Of a stretch of DNA of 64,000 nt, positions 26,227 to 35,642 are shown one piece after another. The notes under the pieces are model-generated. The model saw nothing but the letters and a program-made list of their open reading frames with translations, was not told the DNA's origin and did no database searches. The number at the start of each line of letters is the position of its first letter. The first letter of the stretch is position 1. This DNA is from an uncultured Acidobacteriaceae bacterium. GTDB lineage: Bacteria > Acidobacteriota > Terriglobia > Terriglobales > Acidobacteriaceae. The DNA lies in NCBI GenBank assembly GCA_963803095.1, contig CAWDLQ010000010.1, positions 500,890-564,889 on the forward strand, in the 5' to 3' direction. Both the position numbers and the translations under genes were made by a program.

Positions 26227-27609
26227 CTAATCCTCCGGAGGGGGCAAAGCCCACCACCAGGCACCTGATTTTCCGTCTTTGGAGCTACGAACGCCGATAT
26301 CGAATTTGGCGCGGCGCAGGGTGGCGATGCAGACACCATCGCGCTCGGCGGCTATCTCGATGGAGGCCTGGGTCTGGCTGCCAGGTTGCAGGCAGTCGCG
26401 CAGCCATTGGGCGGCAAACTTGCGCTTGGGCAGACCGGCGCCGGTGGGACGGGCGGCGAGGAGATCCTGCGGGGTGAGGCTGCTGAGCCCCGTCCAGTGG
26501 AAATTGCCGGCTTCTCCAATCCGGTAATCGAGCGGCGGAGCCAGCGGCCCAAGGTTCGATTTGACGTGCAGCAGAGCGGTTTGCGCGGGTGCGTCGGGGG
26601 AGCTGCCGACGAGAAACTCGGTGCGGAGAGCGGCAGAGCAGTCCATGGATGCCCGACCTCGATGGACAGACCTGCCGACGGTAGGTTTGGCGAGGTGGCG
26701 AATGAGGAGAATGCAGCAGCGGTGAAGCTCCGCCAGGCGGCCAAGACGATCGAGAAGAGGGCGGGTTTGCGAAGCGCGATCGAGGTCAACCTCCCAGAGA
26801 CCGTCCCAGGGATCGAGGATCACGAGGTGGGCCTGGGTTTTTTGGAGCGTGTGCTCGAGGTCGCGGAGGGCGGAGTCAGGCGAGGACATGGAACGCGCAG
26901 AGACGGCTCTACGCAGGATGACCAGGCGCGCGGGATCTCCGTGGAGGCCGGCGAAGCGAGGTTGAATGACTTGCGCGGCAGCGTGTTCCGCCGAGGCGTA
27001 AAGGACGGTAGCTGGTTTGAGCTTTTCGCAGGTGAAGGGATCGCGGCCGCGGGTCAGCGCTGCCGCGATGGCGAGGGCGACCCAAGTTTTCCCTGATCCG
27101 GGCTCCCCGGAAAGCATCGCTAACGTACCGGCGGCGAGCCTGTGCTGCCAAAGCCATTCGATGGGTTGGGGCTGGAGGTCGGCGAGGTAAACGATATCTG
27201 TGCCGGTTACGGTTGCGTCTGCATCCGCGGGCAACGGTGATGGCGTGTGAGGGGAGAGTGTTTCTTTCATTATGGCTTGCTGTGGGATCATCGCTTGCTC
27301 CAGGCTGGAAGGCCCCGCGGCGCTCTCGGTGCAGGAATCGGGCGAGACAAAGGAGAGATGCTCGATCGCCGGCGGGGTTGAGGCCTGGAGCCGGAAGGCT
27401 CGATTGGAGAAACGGTCGTTGGGCCGGTTGATGGCCATCTCGTCACCATTTGTGGAGCAGCCTCCGCTTTCATTGACAGTTATGCCGCGAGTGGCCGGGC
27501 GCAACGCAACAACGGTGCCTCCATGCGACCGGTTTGGCATAAAAATCTGTCTTATGGCCGACAGTAATACGCTCGGGAGCCGCCGTCCATGGCCCTGGGA
27601 AATAATCAT
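26227..27609 (-). CDS. AAA family ATPase, RepA-like/RecA-fold (AAA_25-type) with a C-terminal wHTH-like tail
   Basis: 460 aa. Walker A is in 'LAMLSGEPGSGKTWVALAIAAAL' and Walker B-like in 'HLVILDPW', with 'CCILLIRHLAK' following. This architecture is typical of mobile-element replication or primase-associated ATPases. The true start may be the internal ATG at 27291 or 27270. Confidence 0.75.
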   Translation of the reverse strand: MIISQGHGRRLPSVLLSAIRQIFMPNRSHGGTVVALRPATRGITVNESGGCSTNGDEMAINRPNDRFSNRAFRLQASTPPAIEHLSFVSPDSCTESAAGPSSLEQAMIPQQAIMKETLSPHTPSPLPADADATVTGTDIVYLADLQPQPIEWLWQHRLAAGTLAMLSGEPGSGKTWVALAIAAALTRGRDPFTCEKLKPATVLYASAEHAAAQVIQPRFAGLHGDPARLVILRRAVSARSMSSPDSALRDLEHTLQKTQAHLVILDPWDGLWEVDLDRASQTRPLLDRLGRLAELHRCCILLIRHLAKPTVGRSVHRGRASMDCSAALRTEFLVGSSPDAPAQTALLHVKSNLGPLAPPLDYRIGEAGNFHWTGLSSLTPQDLLAARPTGAGLPKRKFAAQWLRDCLQPGSQTQASIEIAAERDGVCIATLRRAKFDIGVRSSKDGKSGAWWWALPPPED

Positions 27610-27863
27610 GTGGAAGAGGGGGTAGTAAACTCGTGATTACTCGCTACTGTTCAAGAATGACGAAGTAGTTAGCCCCGATTTATCGACGGGCTTATTGGGC
27701 AAGAGGGGTACGTCACTGTCATCGCCTTTTTCGAGGAATCGTTTCGGCCTACTGCACGTTCTGCAAAGTTGAAATGCGTTCATGTTATGCCGGCGATGCG
27801 GAGCGCTAAAACTTCTGAAAAGTGGTGGCCGGTTCACCACTTCGAGCAAAGTTCCATTTCCGT

Positions 27864-27917
27864 CTGACCACAAATCTTGACCACAAATTTTCTGACCACA
27901 AATCTCGCCACAAATCT
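27864..27917. repeat. Four iteron-like direct repeats (TGACCACAAATCT / TGACCACAAATTT / TGACCACAAATCT / TCGCCACAAATCT), spaced 13-15 bp
   Basis: Read directly (cores at 27866, 27879, 27894 and 27907). They sit in a visibly AT-richer intergenic region about 260 bp upstream of the ATPase ORF. Confidence 0.8.
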
Positions 27918-28078
27918 CGAAGCTATTAATATCCAACGAACAACGTACACCCCTACTTACTTTCCATTCCTTCACCTAAACTTACTAAAGCATTCTGTTG
28001 ACGTTCGATATCTTCCGCGATATCTCTAGGTGCGTTCCCCCCGCGCACGACAATACCCAAAATTAGAAAGAGGTAAGT

Positions 28079-28943
28079 ATGCGTCCCGTGTACTATCTAT
28101 CTGCCTTGGGTCTCTCCGGCGCATTGCTGGGGACCCTACCCGCCACTGCGCAAATCTATTCCGTCACGGACCTGGAATACCACCACAAGCCCAGTTCAGC
28201 GGAGCATCGGGCATCAACCAATCGGGCCAGGTAATTGGCAACTACGGAACGAACGTGCCGGCCGGCCCCCTCTCCTCGTTTGTATACAGCGACGGCAAAG
28301 TCACCCTGCTTGATTTCTCTGCGGAAGGCATCGCCGGCGATGACCGCAAAAATGCGTGGGAGGAAGGAGACAAAAGGAAACTTCGCATCGCCGGCGTTCT
28401 CGGCAACTCTGCCGTCCTCTAGCAGGACAACTTTCTGCGCACCCTCGGTACGCTCCCCGGGTCTTCGGACAGCATCGGTTATGCGGTCAACTCCTCCGGA
28501 GAGGTTGCGGGGGTTGCGCTTTACTTAACCGGAACGGACCAAGCTTTCCTTTATAAAAATGGAAGCATGATCAACCTGGGAACGCTTCCCGGGGGGGGGT
28601 GGGAGCGGAGGCGTTTGCCATCAACGACGCCGGCGATGTGACAGGCGTGTCAGCTTTACCCAACGGATTTAACGGGTTTGGCCACGCATTTCTCTACCAC
28701 AAAGACAAGATGATCGATCTCGGCACAGTGCCAGGGGCGAGCGTCAGCTGGGGCCTGGCGATCAACAACTCTCTCCAGGTTGCCGGTTACTCGTTCTCGG
28801 CAGATTTCTCGATCTTTCACGCCTTTATCTGGAGCGACGGCAAAATCAAAGACCTGGGTGTTTTGCCCAACGGCAGCCAGAGCATGGGCAACAGCATTAA
28901 CTCATGGGGACTACTACAGTCCCGTCACCTGTTTTGGAACTAA
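28079..28943 (+). pseudogene. HAF-family extracellular repeat protein, multiply frameshifted
   Basis: Signal peptide 'MRPVYYLSALGLSGALLGTLPATAQ'. HAF-like repeats follow across three frames: 'GINQSGQVIGNYG...SSFVYSDGKVTLL', 'YAVNSSGEVAGVA...QAFLYKNGSMINLGTLPGG' and 'AFAINDAGDVTGV...HAFLYHKDKMIDLGT...HAFIWSDGKIKDLG'. Confidence 0.7.
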
Positions 28944-29134
28944 AGAAATGAGCGTTTCTGCGGAAACCTTGTGTGCAGCGTTCTGCTAAGGCTATGCGGT
29001 GTGCAGCTACAAGGGAATGATGGACAGACGGAAATGACTCTAATGCAACCGTATCTGATCGTATTACTCCGACACCGCTTTCCTTTAGTGTCAGCTGCGG
29101 GATCTCCTGTCTCGCATCTCCCAATGTTTGAGCG

Positions 29135-29524
29135 CTACGCTGCCAGAGGAACCAGACCAGACTTCACGATCATCTTGTCATGCGTCAGAAGGCGAATGCC
29201 CTCAACAATCGCGGTTGCTCCGATGATTCTGTCCTGCGGATCGTTTGGGTAGGTTTTTGGGAACTGGACAGCCCGAACCGCTATCTCCGGAGTGATAGGA
29301 AGAACCTGCACATAGGAAGTACATTTCTTCACAAAGGAATCGACGCTCACATCGATATCGATTCGCTTGTTCACTGCCAGCCATGCAATTTCCCAAAGGC
29401 TGATTGCAGAAAGAGCAAGCGGCCCGGATTTGCGGGCCGCCAGGATTGCCTTCTTTGCTTTTGCGGAAAGGTTTTCAGGAGCGATCAGAAGCCAGACGAG
29501 AATATGAGTATCGAGAAGGATCAT
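29135..29524 (-). CDS. vapC: PIN-domain toxin VapC
   Basis: ORF 29135..29536 trimmed to 'MILLDTHILVWLL' (ATG 29524). It has conserved PIN acidic residues (LLDTH..., 'LWEIAW', 'DPQDRIIGATA'). An ATGA overlap links it to the upstream antitoxin. Confidence 0.85.
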   Translation of the reverse strand: MILLDTHILVWLLIAPENLSAKAKKAILAARKSGPLALSAISLWEIAWLAVNKRIDIDVSVDSFVKKCTSYVQVLPITPEIAVRAVQFPKTYPNDPQDRIIGATAIVEGIRLLTHDKMIVKSGLVPLAA

Positions 29525-29751
29525 TCCACTCCCCAATCGCTGGCCGGGACTGTGTTCTCAATATCGCCCTTGATTCTGGCGATGCCTGACAAGGCTCCGA
29601 AGATCTCATCCTCACCTTCGTACGCAGGAACCAGCTTCACCACAGGTTTGCCATGCTTGGTGATTACAATGGGACGACCACTTTGCGATACCTGATCCAT
29701 CACAGCGAGGCATTGAGCTTTGAACTGCGCTGCGGCCATTTTTTGCATCAC
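29521..29751 (-). CDS. Phd/YefM family antitoxin (VapB-type partner)
   Basis: 76 aa. 'AAQFKAQCLAVMDQVSQSGRPIVITKHGKPVVKLVP' is the Phd/YefM fold signature. Its stop overlaps the vapC start. Confidence 0.85.
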   Translation of the reverse strand: MMQKMAAAQFKAQCLAVMDQVSQSGRPIVITKHGKPVVKLVPAYEGEDEIFGALSGIARIKGDIENTVPASDWGVE

Positions 29752-30275
29752 AATGCCTCTATCGATATGACCAGAATAATATGACCTCTTTTACGGAGTC
29801 AAGCCTGTCGATTTGCGGCTGCGTGCGCGAAATGTCTGTGGCCCGCCCCCCACAGTGTGTGGGGCTTGAGGGATGATCCGGGGGACAAGGATTTACTGAC
29901 TCTCGGCGCGTACAAAGGAACGCGCATTGTCACGCCCCGCTTTCGCAAGGGCGGCGCATTCCAGAAACATATCCATTTTGCTTAGCAGATGGAATTCTTT
30001 GGGAATACGGAAGGTCCATATAATCCTTAGAGTCATTGTGATCACTGACCGGTCGGTAAACATTTCGATCGTGCCGTGGCGTTTTTGATAAGTGGTTTGG
30101 TCTGCTCTCGCCACTGAGAATCGAAGTCATCGATAAGCCGACTTACGGGCAGTTCGACCGCTAAGAGCCTAATCCTAATCAACAGTCTCGCCTAATCGCA
30201 CCCTAAGTCCTGGGTGATATTATTCGGACAAAACAGGCACTGTTGGTAATTCATCCTGACGCTAAAGGAGCCAAC

Positions 30276-31763
30276 GTGAGAAGAACTGTCTGCGCCATCA
30301 GCCTCACTCTCCTTGCCATTGCCGCGCTCGGTGCCGGCGAGCCCAACTTCCGTCCCGACATCCCCAAGGCCTGGGACGACAAAGCAGTGGAGGGGTTCGA
30401 GTTGCCCCTGGCCCAGCGTGACCGCTCGCCGCGCTACATGACCTCCGAGCAATACTACGCACTTCAGGCCAGGCCCATCTATCGCTCCTACCCGGTCTAC
30501 GCCAAGGGCCTCGAGCCCGCAGGGTACATCGAGTCCCTGAAGCAAAAGGAGCCGGAGATAATCTTCGACCCCGCCAAACTGCACACGAAGCAGGACTGGA
30601 TCCAGGCGGGCAAGCTGATCTTCGAATACGACATCCGCTTCCTTCCAATAACTGCCGACCCGCCAACGGCCGACCAGGTTAAACTGCCAGACTCCGTGTC
30701 GAGCGAAGGCGTCCTTCTCCCCTCCTTCGGCCGCTTTCGCTACTACATACGCAAAAAAGGTGTATTGGAGCGCGGGATTAACGCCTGTGCCCAGTGTCAC
30801 ACCACCAGGCTGCCCGACGGCTCGTATCTAGAGGGTGGACAGGGCGACGAAGACGGTCCACTTACTGCCAGCGAGGCCAGCATCCGCGCCGCCACGCCGG
30901 AGGACTTCCAGAAAAGGGTGGATAGGGCTTGGCTCTACTACGGCGCTCCCTGGGTGATGTCAAAAGAAGACTTCTACAAGAAGTACACCAAGGACGAGTA
31001 CATCCGGATATCAACGGCGGCCCATGCGGGAGTGTTTGGGCGGCAGGGGACCAGTGCCACGCATCCTCCGCGCATCCCCTCTCTGATCGGCATTGCCGAC
31101 ATCAAATACCTGGACGCCACCGGCCTCGTTCGCAACCGCGGCATCGGCGACATTATGCGCTACGCCATCGTCAACCAGGGGCTGGATACGCTCGCCTACT
31201 ACGGGGACTTCCAGCCCGCCCCCGGTGCCCAGCCCTTCAGCGGCGAAGAGGGCACCCGCTATAGCGACGAGCAACTCTACGCGCTGGCGCTCTATGTCGA
31301 GTCCCTCAAACCACCGCCCAACCCCAACCCCTTCGACGAGCACGCCCGCCACGGTCAGCAAATCTTCACCGCCCAAGGCTGCCCAGTCTGCCACACCCCG
31401 CCCTTGTATACCAACAACAAGCTCAACCCGGTGCGCGGCTTCAAAGTCCCCGATGACCTGCGCAAGACCGACGACATCATGAGCACCTCCATCGGCACCG
31501 ACCCCACACTGGCGCTCGAGACCCGCCGCGGGACAGGCTTCTACAAAGTCCCCTCCCTGCGCGGCCTGTGGTATCGCCATGCCTTCAGCCACTCCGGCCA
31601 GGCCGGGACTCTGGAAGAATGGTTCGATCCGGCGCGTCTGGAGGAGGGCTACGACCCGAAGGGCTTCCACATCGGCCCAGGGCCAATCGTAGGCCACGAA
31701 AAGGGACTAGGTCTGACGCCAGACGAGAAACGGGATCTCATCGCCTTTCTGAAGACGCTGTAG
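30276..31763 (+). CDS. Exported dihaem c-type cytochrome (cytochrome c peroxidase-like family member)
   Basis: ORF 30243..31763. I prefer the GTG at 30276, which sits 5 nt after AAGGAG. It has a signal peptide 'VRRTVCAISLTLLAIAALGA' and two CXXCH motifs ('CAQCH', 'CPVCH'). Confidence 0.75.
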   Translation: MRRTVCAISLTLLAIAALGAGEPNFRPDIPKAWDDKAVEGFELPLAQRDRSPRYMTSEQYYALQARPIYRSYPVYAKGLEPAGYIESLKQKEPEIIFDPAKLHTKQDWIQAGKLIFEYDIRFLPITADPPTADQVKLPDSVSSEGVLLPSFGRFRYYIRKKGVLERGINACAQCHTTRLPDGSYLEGGQGDEDGPLTASEASIRAATPEDFQKRVDRAWLYYGAPWVMSKEDFYKKYTKDEYIRISTAAHAGVFGRQGTSATHPPRIPSLIGIADIKYLDATGLVRNRGIGDIMRYAIVNQGLDTLAYYGDFQPAPGAQPFSGEEGTRYSDEQLYALALYVESLKPPPNPNPFDEHARHGQQIFTAQGCPVCHTPPLYTNNKLNPVRGFKVPDDLRKTDDIMSTSIGTDPTLALETRRGTGFYKVPSLRGLWYRHAFSHSGQAGTLEEWFDPARLEEGYDPKGFHIGPGPIVGHEKGLGLTPDEKRDLIAFLKTL

Positions 31764-32086
31764 GCAGTCCGATCCTGTCGCCTAACCGTCTCCCGCGCTA
31801 AACCTGCTCGGAAATGGTGTTTTCTGAAACTTGCCCCGGAGATTGCAGTCGATGTGGCCCCAGTTGGTGCCACATCGTTCATCGAGCGATCCGATTTGCC
31901 TGCGAAGTCTTGTTTTCGGTAAGTTCCCGGCCTGGGCGGAAGGTCGGGCAGGGCAAGTTACCGATAACCCCGTTTTTCAGGCACTTCGTTGTGCAGGCCG
32001 GGCTTCTCAACGACCCGATTACTTCCTGTTTGCCGACCAAACGCCAGCGACTCACCAAGCCGTTCAGATTTCCGGCCTCGCTGAGA

Positions 32087-33436
32087 CTACTTGACGGCTC
32101 GCACCGAGGGCGGCATCCAAGACCCATCTAGGATTGAGGGGGCCTTCTCGTTCGGCCAATAGAGTCGCAGCATAAGCCCAAAGTTGCCCTCGGGAGACGG
32201 CAGCCAGTTGGCCTCCTTGACCTTGCCGGGTGAGTCTTTCTGGACATAGATGTCGAGTGACCCATCGTCATTCAAGTTGAATTTGCTTCGCTGGCTCAGG
32301 TTGACGCGGTCCAGTGGGTTGGGCACAAAGAACCCCTCGGGGTCATACATCGTTAGCGACCAAAAGCCCTTGACTGGCGGCTGTTCTCCCTTGGCGAAAT
32401 GAATCACATACTCGTGGGCGCCGCTCAGCGTTTTGCCTTCACCGTCCACTCTGGCGATTGGGTAAACGGCATCCTCTGGGAGGTTCCAGCCGGGGCCTAG
32501 CAAATTAAGGAATGCCCTGCGCGGGTAATCGGTGCCATAAACTCCGGCAGGCAGCGTGATTTGCCAGCCATTCACGACCTTGCCAGCGTTCGGCGCGAAG
32601 GCCATTATCTTTGCGAGAGCAGCCTTGGGAGCCGTCGCCACCTCCTGGGCGATAGCCGGGTCGAGCGTGCTGATATCCCAGTCATTGCCCGGCACAAGCC
32701 CGATCTTCGCCATTTGGGCGACCATCGGAGCATCGGCAGGCGTCGGCGGGTTGTCCTTCATCAGAGTCGCCAGGAGCTTGAAGTAGGCCGCAGCGTCCAT
32801 TCTGATGACTTGATCTTTCGTCGAAGTCTTCATATCAATGTCCGGATCGACCTTGCCGTTGGGTGGGGTGTACTGCTTGCCATATGCGCTCAGGGGAATT
32901 AGGGACAGCTTGTCCTGGAAGGAATGCACCTCCTCGTAGTCCTGCTCCGTGCCGGTGGTGTAGGTACGGCCGACGATCCAGACGATGTTGGTAGCCGATT
33001 TGTAGTGCATGACACCCTTAGGCAATTCACCCTTCCAGTGCGGCCCGGTGATGGCATAAGTCTGGGCCTTGTCTCCGGCCGTGCGAGTGCCTGGGGACTG
33101 AAATACGTCCGTCCAGCCGTCCAACATCGGAATCATGAAGTAGCGGCCCTCGGCGTCTGGAATCTTGAGAACGTAGGGTTCCTTGGCGAGGTCGAGCCAC
33201 GCCGAGGAATATAGCGTGTCGGCATTCGCACCCGGGATGTCTCGGTACGTGATAGGCGGATACTCCCGCGCATGAGCTAATTGGCCCATCGGGGCGCGCA
33301 ACCCAACAGGGGCGGTTGTGTTGGTGGTCACGCGCCGGGTCATTTCCAGGGTAACCAGCGGATAGCCGTAGATGTAGACATCCTCGGCGATAGCGCGGGT
33401 CTCGGCGGGACTGACATTGGTTTGGGTGATTGTCAT
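32087..33436 (-). CDS. DUF1254/DUF1214 domain-containing protein
   Basis: 449 aa. 'EDVYIYGYPLVTLEMTRR' is the DUF1254 start, and 'KGFWSLTMYD' plus 'NWLPSPEGNFGLMLRLYWP' are DUF1214 motifs. Confidence 0.8.
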   Translation of the reverse strand: MTITQTNVSPAETRAIAEDVYIYGYPLVTLEMTRRVTTNTTAPVGLRAPMGQLAHAREYPPITYRDIPGANADTLYSSAWLDLAKEPYVLKIPDAEGRYFMIPMLDGWTDVFQSPGTRTAGDKAQTYAITGPHWKGELPKGVMHYKSATNIVWIVGRTYTTGTEQDYEEVHSFQDKLSLIPLSAYGKQYTPPNGKVDPDIDMKTSTKDQVIRMDAAAYFKLLATLMKDNPPTPADAPMVAQMAKIGLVPGNDWDISTLDPAIAQEVATAPKAALAKIMAFAPNAGKVVNGWQITLPAGVYGTDYPRRAFLNLLGPGWNLPEDAVYPIARVDGEGKTLSGAHEYVIHFAKGEQPPVKGFWSLTMYDPEGFFVPNPLDRVNLSQRSKFNLNDDGSLDIYVQKDSPGKVKEANWLPSPEGNFGLMLRLYWPNEKAPSILDGSWMPPSVRAVK

Positions 33437-33559
33437 GCCGATGAGCTTTCCTTAATTTGTGTCTCATTTTGCCACGCGGGAGATGGCAGGACATATCTGT
33501 ACGTTTTTTTTACGTACCCGTCCTGAGACTTCCTTATTAATCCTTTGGCAGACTATTCA

Positions 33560-34290
33560 AAGCCAAACAGACGCGAATCGTGTTCCCAGTCGAATGTATG
33601 AGCATCTTGGGCTCTTCGCCAACTAGCAAAAATGACAGTCCAAACGGGAGATAGTCAGATCCACGCAGTGACTGCTCCCGGATCACGGGCAATGTGGAAG
33701 TGATCCCGCGAACTGCCTGAAAAGTCGCATTTTCGGTAACTTCCTCGGCCCGGCGCAGCATCCGGCTCGATGCCCAGCTTGTCATTGACTGCGTGAAGGA
33801 TCCGCTGCCGGGGACCTGCTAAGCCAAAGCGCTGGGACATGAGGTCATCGCCATGACTAACTCCGCGGATAAAGTGAATGACGCAAAAACTCTTGGCGCC
33901 GACGAAGTCCTCCTTCTCAAAAACCATGCGGGACAAGAGCTTGCTGGAATAGGTGGAGCGGACATCATCCTCTCCTTCTCTCCGGACATGAAACAGAACA
34001 GTCAGGCGTTGATAGGACTCTGCCCGGACGGCAGATTCGTCACCACGGCGCCGAGTGAAGAACCGATTCAGGTGGATCCCACGTCCACGCTCTTCAAGCA
34101 GATCTCAGTCATCGGCTCCGCGCACAATGACAAGGCCGATCTTGTCGATGTGCTGAAGCTGGCAGCAAACGGTAAAGTAAAACCGATGCTCGAAACATAC
34201 CCAATCGACGACTTGAACAGTGTCCTCCAGCGCCTCGCGGAAGGAAAGGTCCGCCACAGGGCCGTGGTCCTGCATGCCGCCGCCGGGTGA
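33560..34290 (+). pseudogene. Zinc-type/MDR alcohol dehydrogenase remnant (clear C-terminal part 33853-34290, degraded upstream part)
   Basis: ORF 33853..34290 reads 'SADKVNDAKTLGADEV...GGADIIL...KPMLETYPIDDLNSVLQRLAEGKVRHRAVV', an MDR C-terminus. The upstream in-frame reading '...C*AKALGHEVIAMTNSADK' contains a stop and lacks an intact GxGxxG. Confidence 0.6.
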
Positions 34291-34359
34291 TTCCAAAAAC
34301 CTAACAACCGGGACAAGCTCGGCCGAACCGGGACCGCTGGGGCACATTCAACGATGCAA

Positions 34360-34650
34360 TCGGGATTCTTTGAAGAGGTACTTTAGAGCGGGAGGAGACA
34401 AACCATTGCGGCACTCCATGCGCCTTTCCTTAAAGAAAGGCGCACGCGCGGCTTTGTCCGGTGCAGCGTGGAAGGAAATCCGGGTCGGGATGACAAAGGG
34501 GAGGGCGGCGCTTTCCTAGAACAGTGGGCTAGTGGTTGAGCGCAATCCTGGACAGCCTTCAGCCGTCCCTGCGGGACTTAAACCATGCTTGGTGACGATC
34601 TCCAGGACTGTCGTCCTGGGCTGAGTTCAGCCGTCCCTACGGGACTAAGG
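34360..34650. repeat. Cluster of short palindromic repeat modules
   Basis: It contains '...GGAAGGAAATCCGGGTCGGGATGACAAAGGGGAGGGCGGCGCTTTCC' (the same families as at 48.8 and 56.2 kb). It also holds two copies of 'TTCAGCCGTCCCT.CGGGACT' (34556-34578 and 34624-34648). Confidence 0.75.
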
Positions 34651-34655
34651 TCTAT

Positions 34656-35637
34656 TCACTGGTGCTCTCTCAAAATCTCTTCAATCTGTTCCTTAGGCAC
34701 GGACAGGTGATCTTCGTTCTGCTTCAACCATGCCCGGTAATCATCCTCGATAGCCGGTGTCCAGCGGGCGTCGATTTGCCCGGCGGTGTACTTCTTCTCT
34801 TCCAGCCTTTGATGTCCAAACACATCCCGAAGGTGGGTCGACTCCGAGCTCTTGACCACCTGCTCGGCAAGCTGCGGCGGAATGAAAATAACACCGCCAT
34901 TCCGGCCCAAAACGACATCCCCCGGCATCGCCGTTGCATGACCAATGCGGGTGGGACGCATTGATGCTCACCATGGTCGAATTAAGCAACTTACCCGATC
35001 GTAGCGATCCGTAATGATGCGACGGATCGTAATACCGAACAAACGCCACAAAATTCGGCAATTCGTCTAATCCATTGATATCCCGCACCGCGCCGTCGTA
35101 AACAATGCCATTGCCAGATTTGGCATAGATAGCATTGCCCACATTGTCGCCGATCGAAGGACCGTCCACCTTCAACCCAAAGTGATCGGCCACATAAACA
35201 TCGCGCGGCTGCAGCATATCCACGGGCCAGGCATTCATTGCGCCCTGCCGGTGGTCCTGCACGCCCTGTTCTTCGATCAGCTTCTGAATGTCCGGCCGCC
35301 CTGGCATCCAGGTTGCGGTGAGCGCGCGGCCCACCAGCACTTTGTCCGGATGAATCGAGAGCCAGCCGTCCTCATACTGATGCATGAAGCCCGCATTCTC
35401 CACCACCGCCCAAGCTTCTTCGAGCGTCACTGACTTCATCCGGTCGAGGATCGCATCCGGTACCTTGGGCCGTCCATCCGGGAACCGCTCCCCGTGCCAG
35501 TCGGGAGTGTACTTGATCACGTCGTCGCGGGTGAAAAATCCCTGCTGCGCTCGAGCCCCGAGAAACGCACCCCAGATCATCAAGGAACAAACCACCCCCA
35601 CCGCGGCGCGCCTGAATTGCCGAACCAATGCGTCCAT
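34656..35637 (-). pseudogene. RraA-like (RraA/dimethylmenaquinone methyltransferase/HMG-aldolase fold) protein with an N-terminal signal sequence; one frameshift near 34.96 kb
   Basis: Fragments 34741..35637 and 34656..34961. The frames join at '...NSTMVSIN|(x)RPTRIGHATAMPGDVVLGRNGGVIFIP'. The signal-like N-terminus reads 'RRAAVGVVCSLMIWGAFLGARAQQ'. Confidence 0.75.
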
Positions 35638-35642
35638 GTGCC

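Noticed and set aside
27864-27917. CRISPR array (also considered for the 39-bp tandem at 17233-17310)
   Set aside because: There are only 4 (or 2) short units of 10-13 bp with 13-15 bp spacing. They have no spacer-like unique sequences of 25-40 bp, and no cas genes lie in the window.
29893-30130. Small minus-strand ORFs (73 and 66 aa) next to vapBC, considered as a second toxin-antitoxin pair
   Set aside because: The two ORFs overlap in different frames. I recognised no family motif, no RBS and no coupled arrangement. I left the region unannotated.
33537-33936. Minus-strand ORFs 33537..33785 and 33655..33936, considered as remnants of an AraC-type regulator or a transposase
   Set aside because: The similarity was too weak to support. 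The plus strand reads as the degraded upstream part of the alcohol dehydrogenase remnant ('...AKALGHEVIAMTNSADK...'), which explains the region better.
25806-35136. Calling the accessory segment an intact prophage, ICE or integrative plasmid
   Set aside because: I could not find an integrase, recombinase, relaxase, capsid or conjugation gene on either strand, and no tRNA target. Only a replication-type ATPase, iterons and vapBC remain, so I report it as a decayed remnant or rearrangement.
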